Assembly (NCBI GenBank): GCA_030704615.1
Contig: CM060732.1
Coordinates: 7,998,001 to 8,062,000 of the forward strand
DNA length: 64,000 nucleotides
Direction: 5' to 3'
Source: Takakia lepidozioides
Taxonomy: Eukaryota > Plantae > Bryophyta
The stretch's first letter is position 1, and each line of letters opens with the position of its first letter. This document shows, one piece after another, positions 13,618 to 26,372 of this stretch. The position numbers and the translations under genes are program-made. The notes beneath the pieces were generated by a model, which saw only the letters and a program-made list of their open reading frames with translations, was not told the origin of the DNA and made no database searches.

Positions 13618-14867
13618 ATCTTAGTTCTCCTTGACTCTAAAAGCGGCTCCGGCTATCTCAGCCCGAGCCTCTCCCTGTCTTTAGCCCCTCCCTCTCCTCT
13701 CCCTCTGTAAAAGGTTCACCGGAATGAGTGAAAGGAACTCAACTCCACTGGAAAAGTAACACCAACGATAGTATGTCCGTGCCTTGATCCAATCGTCGAA
13801 ATCTTGAAAATTTTGAGAGCAGTGTACCTTGGAAAGAACTCCCCTGAAAAGAGAGAGCTGAAAAATTGAGGAGTCAAAAGGCCTGTCACAAATCGGTTAA
13901 GTTTAGCGCAGGCGGAAGGAAAATGGCAATTCAGACGCGACGTCCTTTCAACCCCCTGCAGCTTCTTTTACAGCTAACCGATCCACTTAAAATGCTATGA
14001 AGCAGGAAAAACGGGGGAGAGTTAAGAGCAAAACAGAGATCGACAACAGATGATCACACTTCTCTAATCTCACAATTGCCAAACATACGTACACAGCAAA
14101 CAATGCTTCCGCTGGATAGACCGAGTGAACCTTGCTAGACAATTTCACATGAAAACTCCAGATTACCTCGCGCTACAATTCAAGACAAAAACTATCGCTA
14201 CTGTCAGATAATGATCCCATGAATGATGGAGTCTACGTATACAACACAAGGAAACATCTCAAATCAATTGCAGCAGATACGAACTCCCTCGCATCCCCCT
14301 CCCCCACCACTGCGACTACAATCAGGTGTCCATCTCGGCTATGGAAGACAAATTACCCTAACTAGTGTGAGCCAATCCCACACCAAATCCGAAGATCTCC
14401 CTCCTCACAACCGATGCCCGCAGATATTTAGTATGGAATCTATGCAATCGCGCTCCCACAAGAGCAACAACAAGAACAATCCACACGACGCGCGCGAGAA
14501 GGTAGATCGCACAAGAGACCCGCAAGGTCAACCCAGCCACATAACGGCCACACACTCCGCCGGCGACCATCCGCCAAGCAACATCCCGGGCACCGTTTCC
14601 TCGACAAGTGCGGTGGGCGAGGCGCCTACGTGGCGAGCACGTTTGAACGGGAGGCTCTCAGCTGTCTCAGTGTTATTCAGTCGTATTTATTCATTTTTTT
14701 AATAAAAACTATTTAAAAATCTAAATGTCTTTTCCAGCCTTTTTATTTTTTGTTTTGTTTTTTGGTTTCCAAAGTTATTGTTTTGCATTTCTTCAAGCAT
14801 GGAAGATTGTAAGTGGCTTTCTTTGGAAATTGGTTAACCGGATACTCCCGGTCTTCAATTAACTGCA

Positions 14868-15200
14868 TAGGCTACCCTAGAGGTCGCATTTGGGCCTCGA
14901 CATAAGAGACGCACTTGGATACATCGGGGATTGCACTTAGACTTAGATAACACTGGCCACTTAGGCCAACGGCACAGGTTACCCTAGTATTACAATTAAA
15001 ACACCATTAGAAGGCACCCATGTAACAATGCATGCATTGGTTAGCATGTAGTGACTACAAGTCTTATAGCAAAAGTCGAAGCCCATCTAAGCCCAAGTGC
15101 AATCTTCTATTCATGTATCCAAGTGCATCTCCCATGTAGAGGCCCAAGTGTCCACTGTCATCTAAGCCCAAGTGCAATCTCCTATGTATTCAAGTACGTT
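14868..15200. repeat. Imperfect inverted repeat belonging to a dispersed repeat family (MITE-like)
   Basis: cacttggatacat and gattgcacttagacttagat (~14912-14948) are inverse to atgtatccaagtg and atctaagcccaagtgcaatc (~15085-15180). A homologous copy lies at ~36668-36812. Confidence 0.5.
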
Positions 15201-15479
15201 TCCCAAGGCCACATTTATTTTTTTCCATGAATTTATTGAGTAGTAATATATCCAATCATTATTGATATATCTCTCGAGGCTCCAATCATTGTCCCAGGAA
15301 AGCCCACTTTGCTATTTTTTACGAATTTCCAGTGACCATTTGAAAGTACTTGAAATTCGACATCCCCCACACCACATGTCCAAAAATCATGAGACCAAGC
15401 CGGTGCACCCGTCCTCATCGAGGGCTTTCCAACGGTACCAAGCACCAGGGCTGGGGCCTTGCGGTTCGGGACATCTCAA

Positions 15480-15921
15480 CACTACAAAACAAAACAAACA
15501 AACAAACTACCTCGCTTCATATATTGATAACAATATATTATACACACCAAATGACAATTTTATGACTCCGCAGTGGTGTGTATGTCTTATAGTGACCTTC
15601 TATGAGGTATGTGTTCATCCAACTCAACATTATAATATTCATCCATCCATGTAGTTAACACGTGTATATTTTACGCTCAACCTATTGTCGACACGTGTAG
15701 TGATCATGTAGTCATCGTGGTCATAACAACCATCTAACTTCATACAGTCAACTATGTTTGCCCGTATTTTCGTAAATTGCGGAGTGATATAGTCATATAT
15801 ATGTCTTCTGCAAGTCGTGATTCACTGTCAATGTCCTCCAGGACTTTGCAGTCATATTTGGAGACATAAAAACCATGGCTGCCAAATAGTGGCAGTCATA
15901 AAAACCAGGATTGTTATAGTG
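15480..15921. mobile_element. Degenerate non-autonomous CACTA remnant
   Basis: Starts CACTACAA (15480) and ends ...aaaaaccaggattgttatagtg (15921), which resembles the CACTA end at 37331. Contains (g)tagtcat subterminal repeats. No matching TSD. Confidence 0.4.
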
Positions 15922-16167
15922 TCATTATCTGTCCAGTCATGTAGTCATTGCATTTGGCCGGTGACCATGGTAAATTACAACATCCCTCCATATCTTTCAA
16001 TAAAAAGACCATATCATGTTGGCTGCCATTATATCAGGTGAGTGTAGTTACTTTATGCTTATTATTCTCTTAGATTTTACATTTTTCTTCTCTCTGGCGC
16101 AATTTTGATGCAAGATTGATGAGTGACGTAATCATGGAGTAAGATATGTTATTCACTATGAAGTATA

Positions 16168-16705
16168 TGTCGCGCACCTAAGCATCGTACCACAACATAC
16201 ATCGCTGTCCACCACACAATCTAAGCACACAATCCTAGAAAGCTATACCACAATGATAATGGAAGTGAACATAATGGAAACCCTCCACTCATGAATCCAC
16301 TCAATCACATAAACTAAGTCAAGCCAAGGGCACCCTTGCTAAGGGAATCCACCCTACAAAGCCCCCACCACACTCCCTCTCAATACCTAGAGCTATGGAG
16401 GTGAGAGAGGCTCATGGAGGCTCAACTACAAGAAGATGAGTCTCCTCCATCCTCACAAGGGGAAAACCTATCCTCATGTCCCAAGTGAGGCTTGACACCT
16501 CACTTGGCATGTGAGACCAAATGAAGTCCCAACACACAAAATATAAATATAAATATCTAAAATGTCCTAGTTAACTAGAAGTAGGTAATTCTAGATAACC
16601 ATGACTAAAACCATGACAGCTGTCGTGTACCTAAGAATCGTGCCACAACATACATCGTTGTCCACCACACAATCTAAGTACACAATCCTAGAAAGCTATA
16701 CCACA
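16168..16705 (-). repeat. 3' terminal repeat block Y1-GC-X2-T-Y2 of copy 1
   Basis: Y2 16168-16252 and Y1 16621-16705 (6 differences in 85 bp); X2 16254-16618; Y1/X2 junction is the palindrome GACAGCTGTC (16615-16624). Confidence 0.9.
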
Positions 16706-16717
16706 ATCGCCCCCCTA
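16706..16717 (-). promoter_or_regulatory. Polypurine tract of copy 1
   Basis: Minus strand TAGGGGGGCGAT directly before the TG of Y1; the same sequence occurs in copy 2 at 50312-50323. Confidence 0.85.
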
Positions 16718-16974
16718 GCTGGTGATTAGGTCCCTCTAACACCGGATAGCTGACAAGTATCCATCCCAATAAGATCATCGTTTGGCATCAATCGCCCAAG
16801 TCCTAGTATCTGAAGGCAATAGATCAAGAGGCCGGGTGCAAAAGTAGCCCCATCGTCACTTGCCTTCCTGCAACCCATGGCTCCAATTGGGTGTCCATGG
16901 CATTGAGCTCCCGTTAGCTAGACCTTGGATCACTTGTCAACCTCACCACTATCATGCCCCACTACCTCTATCCA

Positions 16975-18330
16975 AGGCATCGTGGACACAATCATTCTCC
17001 ACTATGAACCTCCTCAAGTGGCGGTGTCAAGCATCCCATGTGCCACCCCCTTGAGCATTTGTCACACACCAACATGGTCGCGGCACCACCAGCATGCCCA
17101 CATAGCATGCAACGCAACCCTGCAGGTACCACTGCAAGGTTGGGATCTATCCTCTCATCCACATGTGGAAGGTGACATGGCGCACAATTGCGCACATGGT
17201 CGTTCCATACCATGCCATCTCGACCCTCCAGAATCAACACTCCTGAAGGCAACACCTCCCGGACCTTTAGAATCACACGACCTGCTATGACATCCAAGGT
17301 CATAGGCGCTGTCTGCTGCAGATACACATAGTCCCCAGGATGAAAACGCCGAACACCTGTCGATATCCCCCTCCACGTATAGTGGCGTATCTCAATGTGT
17401 CTCGGTGTTGGGCAATAGCAAGGTTTTCAAAAGCCATAGGCATGACTCTCTTGAACAACTCTGCCCGCTGGGAACATGCTTGTGTCCACACATCCGGATC
17501 ATCAAGGTTGAGGACTGCTGCAGTCTCCCTACGAATAGATGCAGGCAAATCCGGCTCTCGGCCAAAGAGAAGGAAATAAGGCGAGAACAAGGTAAGTGAT
17601 GCTTGCTTGCTAAACCTGTAGCCCATGGCCAACCAAGGTAGCTGAAGGTCCCAATCTCCCAAGTGTCCCTTCTGCAAGCCATACTTGCGCAAGCCTTGTT
17701 AGACTATTTGCACAACCCTCTTGGCCAAGCCATCAGCCTCGGGATGATCCCGAGAAGTAGTGCGGTGATTTATCAAGGCTTGCTCACACAAAGCCTGAAA
17801 CTCCCCCAAGAACTCTCTCCCCTGGTCCATGAGTACCTCGGCTGGAGCACCAAATTGGCTAAGCACTCGATCTAAGAATGCATATGCAGCCCCCTCACTT
17901 GCCTTGTCATGCAATGCCACCAGTTCAATCCATTTGGAGAAATGTTCCACCATCACCAGCACATACTTATTATGGCAAATCATCAGTGGCAATGGGCTTG
18001 CGAAGTCAAGACTCCAACGATAGCCCAAACCCATCATGGGTAAAGGATGCAATTGTGGAGTAGGTGCATTGAAAGAAGCCCGCACTCTATCACACACCAT
18101 GCACCTTGCCACTAACTGTTGCACATTCGTGTGCATGTCCCGCCACCAATACTGTCCTTACAGCAAACTATAAGTGCGCCGCATCCCAAAATGTCCCAAC
18201 TCCTCATGGGCATGGCGTACCAATCGCGCTCGTTGTGTTGGATGAGGCACAATCCTCACTCGTCCATCCTCCCATACCCGGAGTAGGTGAGTCCCCTCCC
18301 ACTTGAATCTCTTGGTTCGTTGTAGGACCC
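16975..18330 (-). pseudogene. Integrase (HHCC zinc finger + DDE core) with C-terminal PHD finger, copy 1
   Basis: HAHEELGHFG...CMVC; WSLDFA...VLMDQGREF...HPEADGLAKR; then CMLCGHAGGAATMLVCDKCSRGWHMGCLTPPLEEVHSGE*LCPRC (C4HC3; the W codon is mutated to TGA). Several stops and frameshifts. Confidence 0.9.
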
Positions 18331-18595
18331 GATCTCTCTCCTTAGCACTCACACTGGCTGCTGTCTCTCCGGTACGAAGGTAGGCCAACACTGCTGCATC
18401 TTCATATACATCCTTAGCACCACCAAGCTCCTCACTGATCTCTGGATCGTCATGCACACTATCTTTATGACCAATCACATGGGATGGACCAGCTTGAGCT
18501 CCCATTGCTAGAATGCATAAAAATGCAGATGCGTGTCATCCTGGCACCATCTCCTCGTCCGTCTCACCATGCCAACAAGCTCTTGTATCATCAAG

Positions 18596-20093
18596 CTAAC
18601 TTGTGCATGGATTGCGACTCAATCCATCCGCATCCCGGTTGACTATTTTGGCTCGATGCACCACCTGGAAGTCGTATTCTTGAAGCATAAGTGCCCACCG
18701 TGCAAGCTTCCATGTAAGCTTGTCTGACTCCATCAACCACTTCAATGGTTGGTGATCCGTGACAAGAGTGAAGAGATTGCCATAGAGGTAGCATCTAAAA
18801 TGTGACACTGCCCATACTGCAGCCAGACACTCCCCTTCATAGGAACTATACTTCACCTCGGCATCATTGTTCGAGCGGCTAGCATATGCCACTACGAACT
18901 CTCTTCCCTCATTATCCACCTGTGTGAGCACTGCTCCAATCCCCAGCATACTCCAATCCGTATGTAGCTGGAAAGGCCGCCCCCGAATAGGCCGCCTCAG
19001 AATAGATGCAGGAGTCAATCGAGCCTTGAGTTCCTCAAAGGCTTCCTCCTGCTCCTTCTCCCACTGCCACTCCTGACCCCACCTTGGTCAACTTGGCAAG
19101 AGCCTTTGCAATGCTGCTAAATCCCTTGACAAACCGTCGATAATAGTTTGCCAATCCCATGAAAGCACGAACTCTGCTCATATCCATGGGGCGTGGAATG
19201 CATGCAATGGCCTCCACCTTTGTCTATTGAACACCCAATCCTCCAGGGTATATCATGTGGCCCAGATACTCAATCTGATTGTGGAAGAGCTTGCACTTTC
19301 CGGGGTGCAGTTTCAACCTGTGCGCTCTCAAGCGCTCAAACACCACCTGAAGGTGTCTCTCGTGCTCCTCAATCGTAGCACTAAAGATGATGATGTCATC
19401 AATGTAGCACCAGGCGAAGTCTAGCCCCGCAAGAATCCTATCCATGACCCTCTGAAACTCTGCATGAGCATTCTTCAACACAAACAGTAGGAACCGCCAT
19501 TGGTACAAGCAATCCTTCCCATATTGGTCAATCCCCCAGAATGTCGTCTTTTGTTTGTCAGCCTCTTTGATTGGCAACTGGTGGTAACCGGATCGCAAGT
19601 CCAATGTGCTAAACACCTTTGCATGCCCAATGGCATCAAAGATCTCCTCTGGAGTTGGCATGGCATATCTATCGGACTTAGTCTGACGGTTCACATGACG
19701 ATAGTCCCCACACATCCTTCTTTCTGTCCAATTGCCATAGATATCCTTCTTAGCTGGCATCACCGTTGCCGAGGTATACTCCCCGCCTGACAGCTCCACC
19801 AATCCAGCTTCGAACAACTCCATAGTCCGTGACTGGATCAATGACCTCTCCATGTCACTATACCGGTAGGGCCTTCGAAAGATTGGCGTGTCACTTGCCA
19901 AATCAATATGACTCTCCTGACCCTTCAAACTCCCCAAATCCTTCAAACCGAAGGCAAAGCAATTTCTATAAGCCCTTAGAAATCGCTGGATCCTCCGTCT
20001 CTCTCCTCCGGTAACTGTAGGTCCAACATCTGGTTCCCAATTGTCCTCAGTGACTGCAACCTTGGGTACACCAGGCTTGGAGGTAGGAGACAA
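18596..20093 (-). pseudogene. Reverse transcriptase and RNase H, copy 1
   Basis: RMCGDYRHVN, FSTLDLRSGYHQL, CYIDDIIIF, IEYLGH; RNase H FQLHTDWS...VVAYASRS...YEGECLAAVWAV...TDHQPL. Confidence 0.93.
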
Positions 20094-20499
20094 ATCCTTT
20101 GGTTGCTAGATAGCAACCTCTTGGGCCTTGTCCACCCACTCTGATTGTGGCGTAGCCTCCACTTGCTCCGCCATAGCCACCTTGAGAGCATCCTCTGAAC
20201 AAGAAACATTCTCAACCTCTTCAAAAACCTTAGCCACCTTGTCCTCCAACTGATCCTCAGTGTATGACTTTCCCCACTCCTCATACTGCTGCTTGAGAGA
20301 TCCAATAACTCTCTCTTTGCGCATCTCATCCCACATTTGCCATGGGTGTTTGCACCCCATGATCCAGTGCTCGCCCCCACTCACTGCCTCCACCGTCCCG
20401 GTTGGCAGAGAGGGTGCAATATCCAATGGGAGTGCGGAAGTAGCCACCAATGCTTGCAATCTCCATTGCTCAGCCATACACAAGCCAATGACCCATGTC

Positions 20500-21430
20500 A
20501 AGCAATTGAGATCCATTGCCTGACCCAACACCTGGCGTCGTGATGCCTCTGACAAAACTGGCACAGTTGTAGTGTCCGTGGGAAATCCCATTGCCCGCTC
20601 TCGCTCATCCACATTGGGCTCCACCAATTGCTGTAACACACTGTCCCAAATCAACCCAGGACCATTGTCTCGAAAAGCATGAGACGAGGGAAAGCTCATG
20701 AGCGTAGGCAAGGCTGCACGTGGCTACCCCACTCGATTTACCACTGCCAGAGGTGGACGGTCATCATGTCGCACCCTCTGTGGTTGCCTCCCTTGGTCCA
20801 AAATGCCCCAACCGTGAGATTGGGTGGCAGTTGAATGGAATCATAGGTTCTCTTGAGCAACTCTGGTGTGCAAGATTGGTCCACCACAACCTAGGCCTAT
20901 GTGCCCGTGAACCCACTGCAGCTGCATCCAACAATACAGCTAGTCCAATCCATGACCGGATCTGATGTACACTGGCCATAACCCTGGCCCGAGAATCCCC
21001 CATGAGAGGAACATTCTCCAAGATGTAATCTGGAGGTTGCACTTGCCTCACGTGCAAGTCACGCAACACTCGCAGCATCTCCCAAAACAGATGTGATCGT
21101 GCATCTTGCAAACCATTACCATGACCTGCGGGAGAATGTCCTTGGCAAGGCCACCCTCCTATCACCAAATCAATGGGATCATGCCGATCCAAATCCTCCA
21201 CCCCCAGCATGGTAATGTCTGCTGGCAAGGCCTTTTGGTACCCTTGAATTTGCTGAGAGAGGCAACAACTCAAGATACTGATGTGTGAGCAAGGCAACAT
21301 GGCGCATGGAAACACGCCGAGCAATCTCATCCTTCTCCACATACAAGTACTTGCGTACTTTGATCCCTGCTTGCAACACTCCTACAAGCCCAGTGCTCAT
21401 GCCTCCAAACATGTCTAGCAAACAAATCCC
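20500..21430 (-). pseudogene. DNMT3-like C5 cytosine methyltransferase domain inside the retrotransposon polyprotein, copy 1 (frameshifted)
   Basis: Motif I LDMFGGMSTG; II YVEKD; IV DLVIGGWPCQGHS; VI YILENV; VIII AVLLDAAAVGSRAHRPRLWWTNL; IX ERERAMGFP; X RRQVLGQAMD, in canonical order. Confidence 0.9.
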
Positions 21431-21779
21431 CGGGTCAGGTGGTTGTCAGGTAATGGGCACTATGTCCAAAGGAGCTAACTGAGGAGGTCCAGGTGATGTC
21501 ACTGAACCCCCCTCACTCACCAATGGATAGGCCTTCTGCCATGCTTGGTGCACACACTCGCCTGCTACTCGATGCAAATTCCCAACTGTACCCCACAGTG
21601 GAATATGAACAGACACATGAGGAAGCAAATCAGCCTTATTTGCCAATTGTTTGTCCTCATCAGGTGGTGGCCTATCATCTGCATGGCTATTGCCCTCCAA
21701 GAGGTCACCACCCCAAGCCGCCACCCCTGAGAATGCAGCCAATGTGGGCATCATCTTCCTATGATCCACCGCTACATTC

Positions 21780-23970
21780 TCAATAAACCGCACTGGGAGC
21801 AGTGCACGCCGACCATCCCCTGACTGCCATTCCGGCCTGTAGGATGTTGTTTCCTCCCAAAAGTCCAAAGTAAAGCCCATAGGCTACAACACAGCCCCAC
21901 CAACAAGCACATCATAGGACATCGCATCCGTAACAATGGCTTTAGCTCTCAAGATTGAGCTGTCCGTAGGATGATCCGGCTGTAATCGAATGAAGAGCTC
22001 ATGGCGTGTAATCCCTCGCCTTCTCTGAACCACCCAAAGATGTTTGAATTTGGAAAGGGCAAGGCCCCAAATCCGCCTCTGTGAGGCCCAAGCCTGCAAT
22101 TGCTCTCTCCCCAACATCAATGGTTGTGCTCCCGAGTCCAACAAGACCCGCAGTGGCCTACACCTCCTCTCGGTTGGGCCACCCAATTGAAACACTCCAT
22201 CCTGATTGTCCACCAGGACTACCCCAGGAGTCACCATGTTGCGCTCAATGGCTGGCCTAGCTGGCAACTCCTGCAACCTTACAGCTGCCGCTTGCCATGG
22301 TACAGCTGTGGCTGACTTCACCCTCGAATCCAAAGCATCCATAGACTACACCTTATCTGCTTTCTCCGCAGATAGTGCCGATACATCACCACTCTCACAG
22401 AGTCTAGCTGCTAGTCTGAACACAACAGCTGGCCGAATCCCCGGCATTGCAATGGTCATTGCAGAAAATAATGGAGCTTGGCAAACCGCCGTAGCCGCCC
22501 CCAACAATGTACTGGCTGCACCTTGTTTTACAGCACCACCCACTGGCATTTCCCGAGCCACACCAACTCTCCCCAATGGTATTCGTGGCTCTACCTCTGA
22601 CACACTTAGGCGAGCGGGTACCATTGATGGCGTAGGTGGCGCTGTCTTAGCCAATGTAAAGGATTGTGGAAGCCTTGTCTGACGACTCGCTTCCCCCCTT
22701 TGTGGATCAAAATCCACATCCGCTCTTCTTGGTTCAGGAGCACGCGTTGCTGCTCGAGTGACAGCAGCTGCCAAGTCCACATGCAATGGTCCTACAAGTG
22801 CAGCTCCACACATGAAGCCCATACCAATTTGGTCTTCCCTAAGCATAGGAGGTTGTGCAGGTGGGGCTTGAACCTCAAGCCTTGGAGCTGGCGCAACATG
22901 AGTAGTGGCCATGGCAGCAAGACGTTGCTCTAGCTGGGCAAGTCTATCCACCATGCCTTGGTCATGACCTTGACTCTGACCCTGTGCTCCTTGGTTTTGG
23001 TTATGACCTCCACCCTGACCTCTGCCTCCTCTACCTTTCGGGACTACATTGCCTCGTCCTCGGCCACCATTGTTCCCTTGGAACTGGCCTGGCTGTAGCT
23101 CAGGATGCAAGCCATAACAATGGGCCTCCTCATGCCCATACTTTCCACAATGCCCACACTGTAGTTGTGTAGGCTGTGCATGTGCCGACCCTTTGCCTCT
23201 CTCCGAGCAATCCTTCTTGACATGGGGTCCTCCACAATCCCAACAAGTCACACCCGACTATCGTTGGCCTGAGAATGAAGGGAGAGACCTCTGCATCTGA
23301 GATCCTCTCTGTCCTTCCCTCAGCTTCACCTGAGCTCCCTTGTTGCTTGAATACGTTGGGGTAGTGGTTGTTGTTGGCTAGGAGCCCCACTTCATTGTGT
23401 TTCCTTGCCAAACCCCACCATAACACTCGCAGCCCCTCCACCATATTGAGCTCTATCCGCTCTGCCAGCAAAAACACATTTGCTAAGGAGGGTTGGTCCA
23501 CTTGTGGGAGAGTTGCATCCCGCACCCTACTCCTCAGCTCCTTGTCCAGGATCCCATACTAGAACTGGATTCCTGAGCTTCTGTAACCCCTTGGGTTACG
23601 TTTATCAAGCGCCTCATGCGGGTGTAAGCCTCCCTCAAACTCTTAGTTGACCTTCGTTGGATCTCTTGCAAGCTCCGCAACTTCTCTGTCCTTATCCCTT
23701 GGTAGTTTCTCCTCAACTCCTCGAAGAACTCCACAACTGGTTAAATGCAGGCACGTGTGCTGGTGTTGCAGCAGGAGCTTGAGTGGATTTCCCAGCTCCT
23801 GTACCACTTGTCCCACTACTAGTGCTTGCAGTTGGAGATGTTTGTGTAGCTGCTGGTGTCACCGCTGCCCTTGTGCATCTAGTGATGGAGACATAGTTAG
23901 GTGACCAATACTCTCGCCACTCCTCAATCTCTACCATGTGTCCCCGCCTAAATTCATCCAAGCACAATGA
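21780..23970 (-). pseudogene. gag (two zinc knuckles) and aspartic protease, copy 1; gag N-terminus deleted
   Basis: CWDCGGPHVKKDC and CGHCGKYGHEEAHC knuckles; protease VLLDSGAQP...YDVLVGG; collinear with the gag of copy 2. Confidence 0.85.
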
Positions 23971-24788
23971 AATCAAAACAGTAACTCCCCCACACCAAAA
24001 ACACTCCACGGTGTCGCTTCTGCAAGACACCCCAGCCCAAACCCGGACTAACTCTTGCCTCCACCTACGGAAAGGTTTTGGCCTACAAAGAGGGTGGAAG
24101 ACTACAAGGAAGAGAGACTAAAGCAATTCCTATCACAACATGCTCTCATCCCACTACCCTATCTCCACACTATCTTGCTTAAGCAATAGACAAGACCTTT
24201 CAAGGATCTCTCAAATAACTCTCTAAGATCCCTCAAGATGTCTCTCAAACAATCTCACTAAGACCCCCAAAGCTTGGACAATGGTACTCCAAACAGTACA
24301 CGAAGGCCCCAAGAGCCTGCCAAATCTCGGCCCTCAAGGACCCCAAATAGTCCTTCAACAAGTCGCCAAAGACTCCTCAAGCTCGCCAAATATCGGCCTC
24401 CGAGGACCCCAAACAGCCCTCTAAACAACCTTCCAAAGGTTCCAAAAACTTGCCAAATATTGCCCTTCAAATACCCCAAATGGTCTTCCACATAGCCTTC
24501 CAAAGGCTCCAAAAACTTGCCAAAACTTGACCTTCAAAGACCCCAAATGGTCCCTAGATAGCCTTCCAAGGCTCCAAAAACTTGCCAAAACTTGGCCTTC
24601 AAGGACCGCAAATAGGCCTCCAAATAGTCATCCAAATACCTCTTCAAGAGCTCTTCAAAATGCCTTACAAAGCTCCTCATAGTGTCTTCCAAAAGCTCCC
24701 CAAAGGACCCCAAAGATCCCCCAAACAATCCTCCAAAAGGCCCTTGAAAATCCTCCAAAAGCCCTATATTGTCATTATATGTCACTAT

Positions 24789-24955
24789 GTTCCCAGCCTA
24801 TAGTGACCGTTCCCACACCTTGGTGACCATTCCCAGACTACGGTGACGGCTCCCAGATTATAGTGACGGTTCCCAGACTACAGTGACGGCTCCCAGACTA
24901 CGGTGACCGTTCCCAGACTACAGTGACGGTTCCCAGACTACGGTGACCGTTCCCA
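24789..24955. repeat. 20-bp tandem minisatellite (~8 units) in the leader of copy 1
   Basis: Consensus cggtgaccgttcccagacta; followed by ~3 units of ctagggtttgtgcatcccatg (~24962-25035). Confidence 0.9.
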
Positions 24956-26372
24956 TGCACATAGGGTTTCATGTGCATCTCATGCTAGGGTTTGTGCATC
25001 CCATGCTAGGGTTTGTGCATTCCAAGCTAGGGTTTGGGCTTCCTTGAGCTTCATGCTTGCTCTCCTCAAGCATCCATGACTTCTATGAGATACCAATGCA
25101 ACCTACCTTTATCTTCTTCACCTCAAGCCACAACCAAGCTTGATTCCATCTCACCTAGCAATGCATTTGCCACACAACAAGCTTCACTTCTCTTTGGAGC
25201 TCAAGAATCAAGCTTTTTATCTCATTTGATAAGCAACCAAGTCTTGCACTCATTCATGTGTTCTCCTTTGGCCATCCACACACATGCTCCATTCTTGGCT
25301 TCTATGTGTTGCTTCTCCAAGCATCAATACATCTCCATCTCATGCAAAGAGGAAGATTCAAGTCCCTTCACTTGCTAGCTCAAGAGTTGTGCTCTCCTCA
25401 AGCTTAAGGTTGAAACCCCAACTCAAACATGTGCTCTACAAGTGCTTTTCCTTCACCTAAGTGAAAACCAGCCCTTTTCCTTTCTTCTTGCTCTCCAAGG
25501 CTTGAAAATAGAAGCCTCAATGGGCTGAAAACATGCTCCACATAAGCATCGCCTCATACACAAAAGAATAACTTGTTCTCTTCACTTTCTAGCTCTCCTC
25601 AAGCTTGAAGTTGGAAGCCGCACTTGGAAAACATGCTCCACACATGCGCCACTTGCTTGGTCAACCACTTGCTTCAACAAGAGCAATCTAGACTAGCAAA
25701 AGCACTCCTTTCTAGCGCCTTAGCTTGTTTGTTTGTCAACCAAATGGAACCCCACTTGGCTTCGTTTCACCGTGGATAAAACAACCACTTCTTAGCTTCT
25801 CTTGAGCTACTCAATGCTCTTCAAGCTATCCTTGCTGTACTCCTTTTATGGTGTTTCTAACCCAAGCATGTGCCGCTCTTTGGCTTCTCTTTCACACCAT
25901 GAACAACTAGAGCTTGCTCTTGAAACCCTAGTGTCTATCTTCTCCACATACAAGACTCTCTTGTGATGCAAGAGCTCTTTTCCAAGCTCTCAAACCCTTG
26001 GTGCACAATAATGCTTCTACAAACCCTCAATGCATTCTTTTCACCATAGAAGCCACTTCCTTGGCAAATGGTTGTCACAACACTTGAGATACAAGAGATG
26101 ACGCTCCTTCTTCTCAAACTTTCAAACCTTTGCTTCCACACACACAAGACTTTCTCCCTGCAATACTTGCAAAGTCTTGTAACTCAAGAGCTCTCTCTCT
26201 GAGCTCTCCACCTCCTTGATGCAATGCAAACACACTCTCCCTTGCAACACCTTGCAAGCCTTGTGAGATACCTGAGCTTTCCCTAGCTCCCTCACTCCTT
26301 GGTGTACACCAACACAAGTGCAAAACTATCCTTACACTCCGCACTCACAAGCATAAGGTGATCTTCTTGTAG

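Noticed and set aside
24789-24955. Regular repeats here and at 50324-51618 as a CRISPR array
   Set aside because: No unique spacers, no cas genes, eukaryotic context; these are minisatellites inside retroelements.
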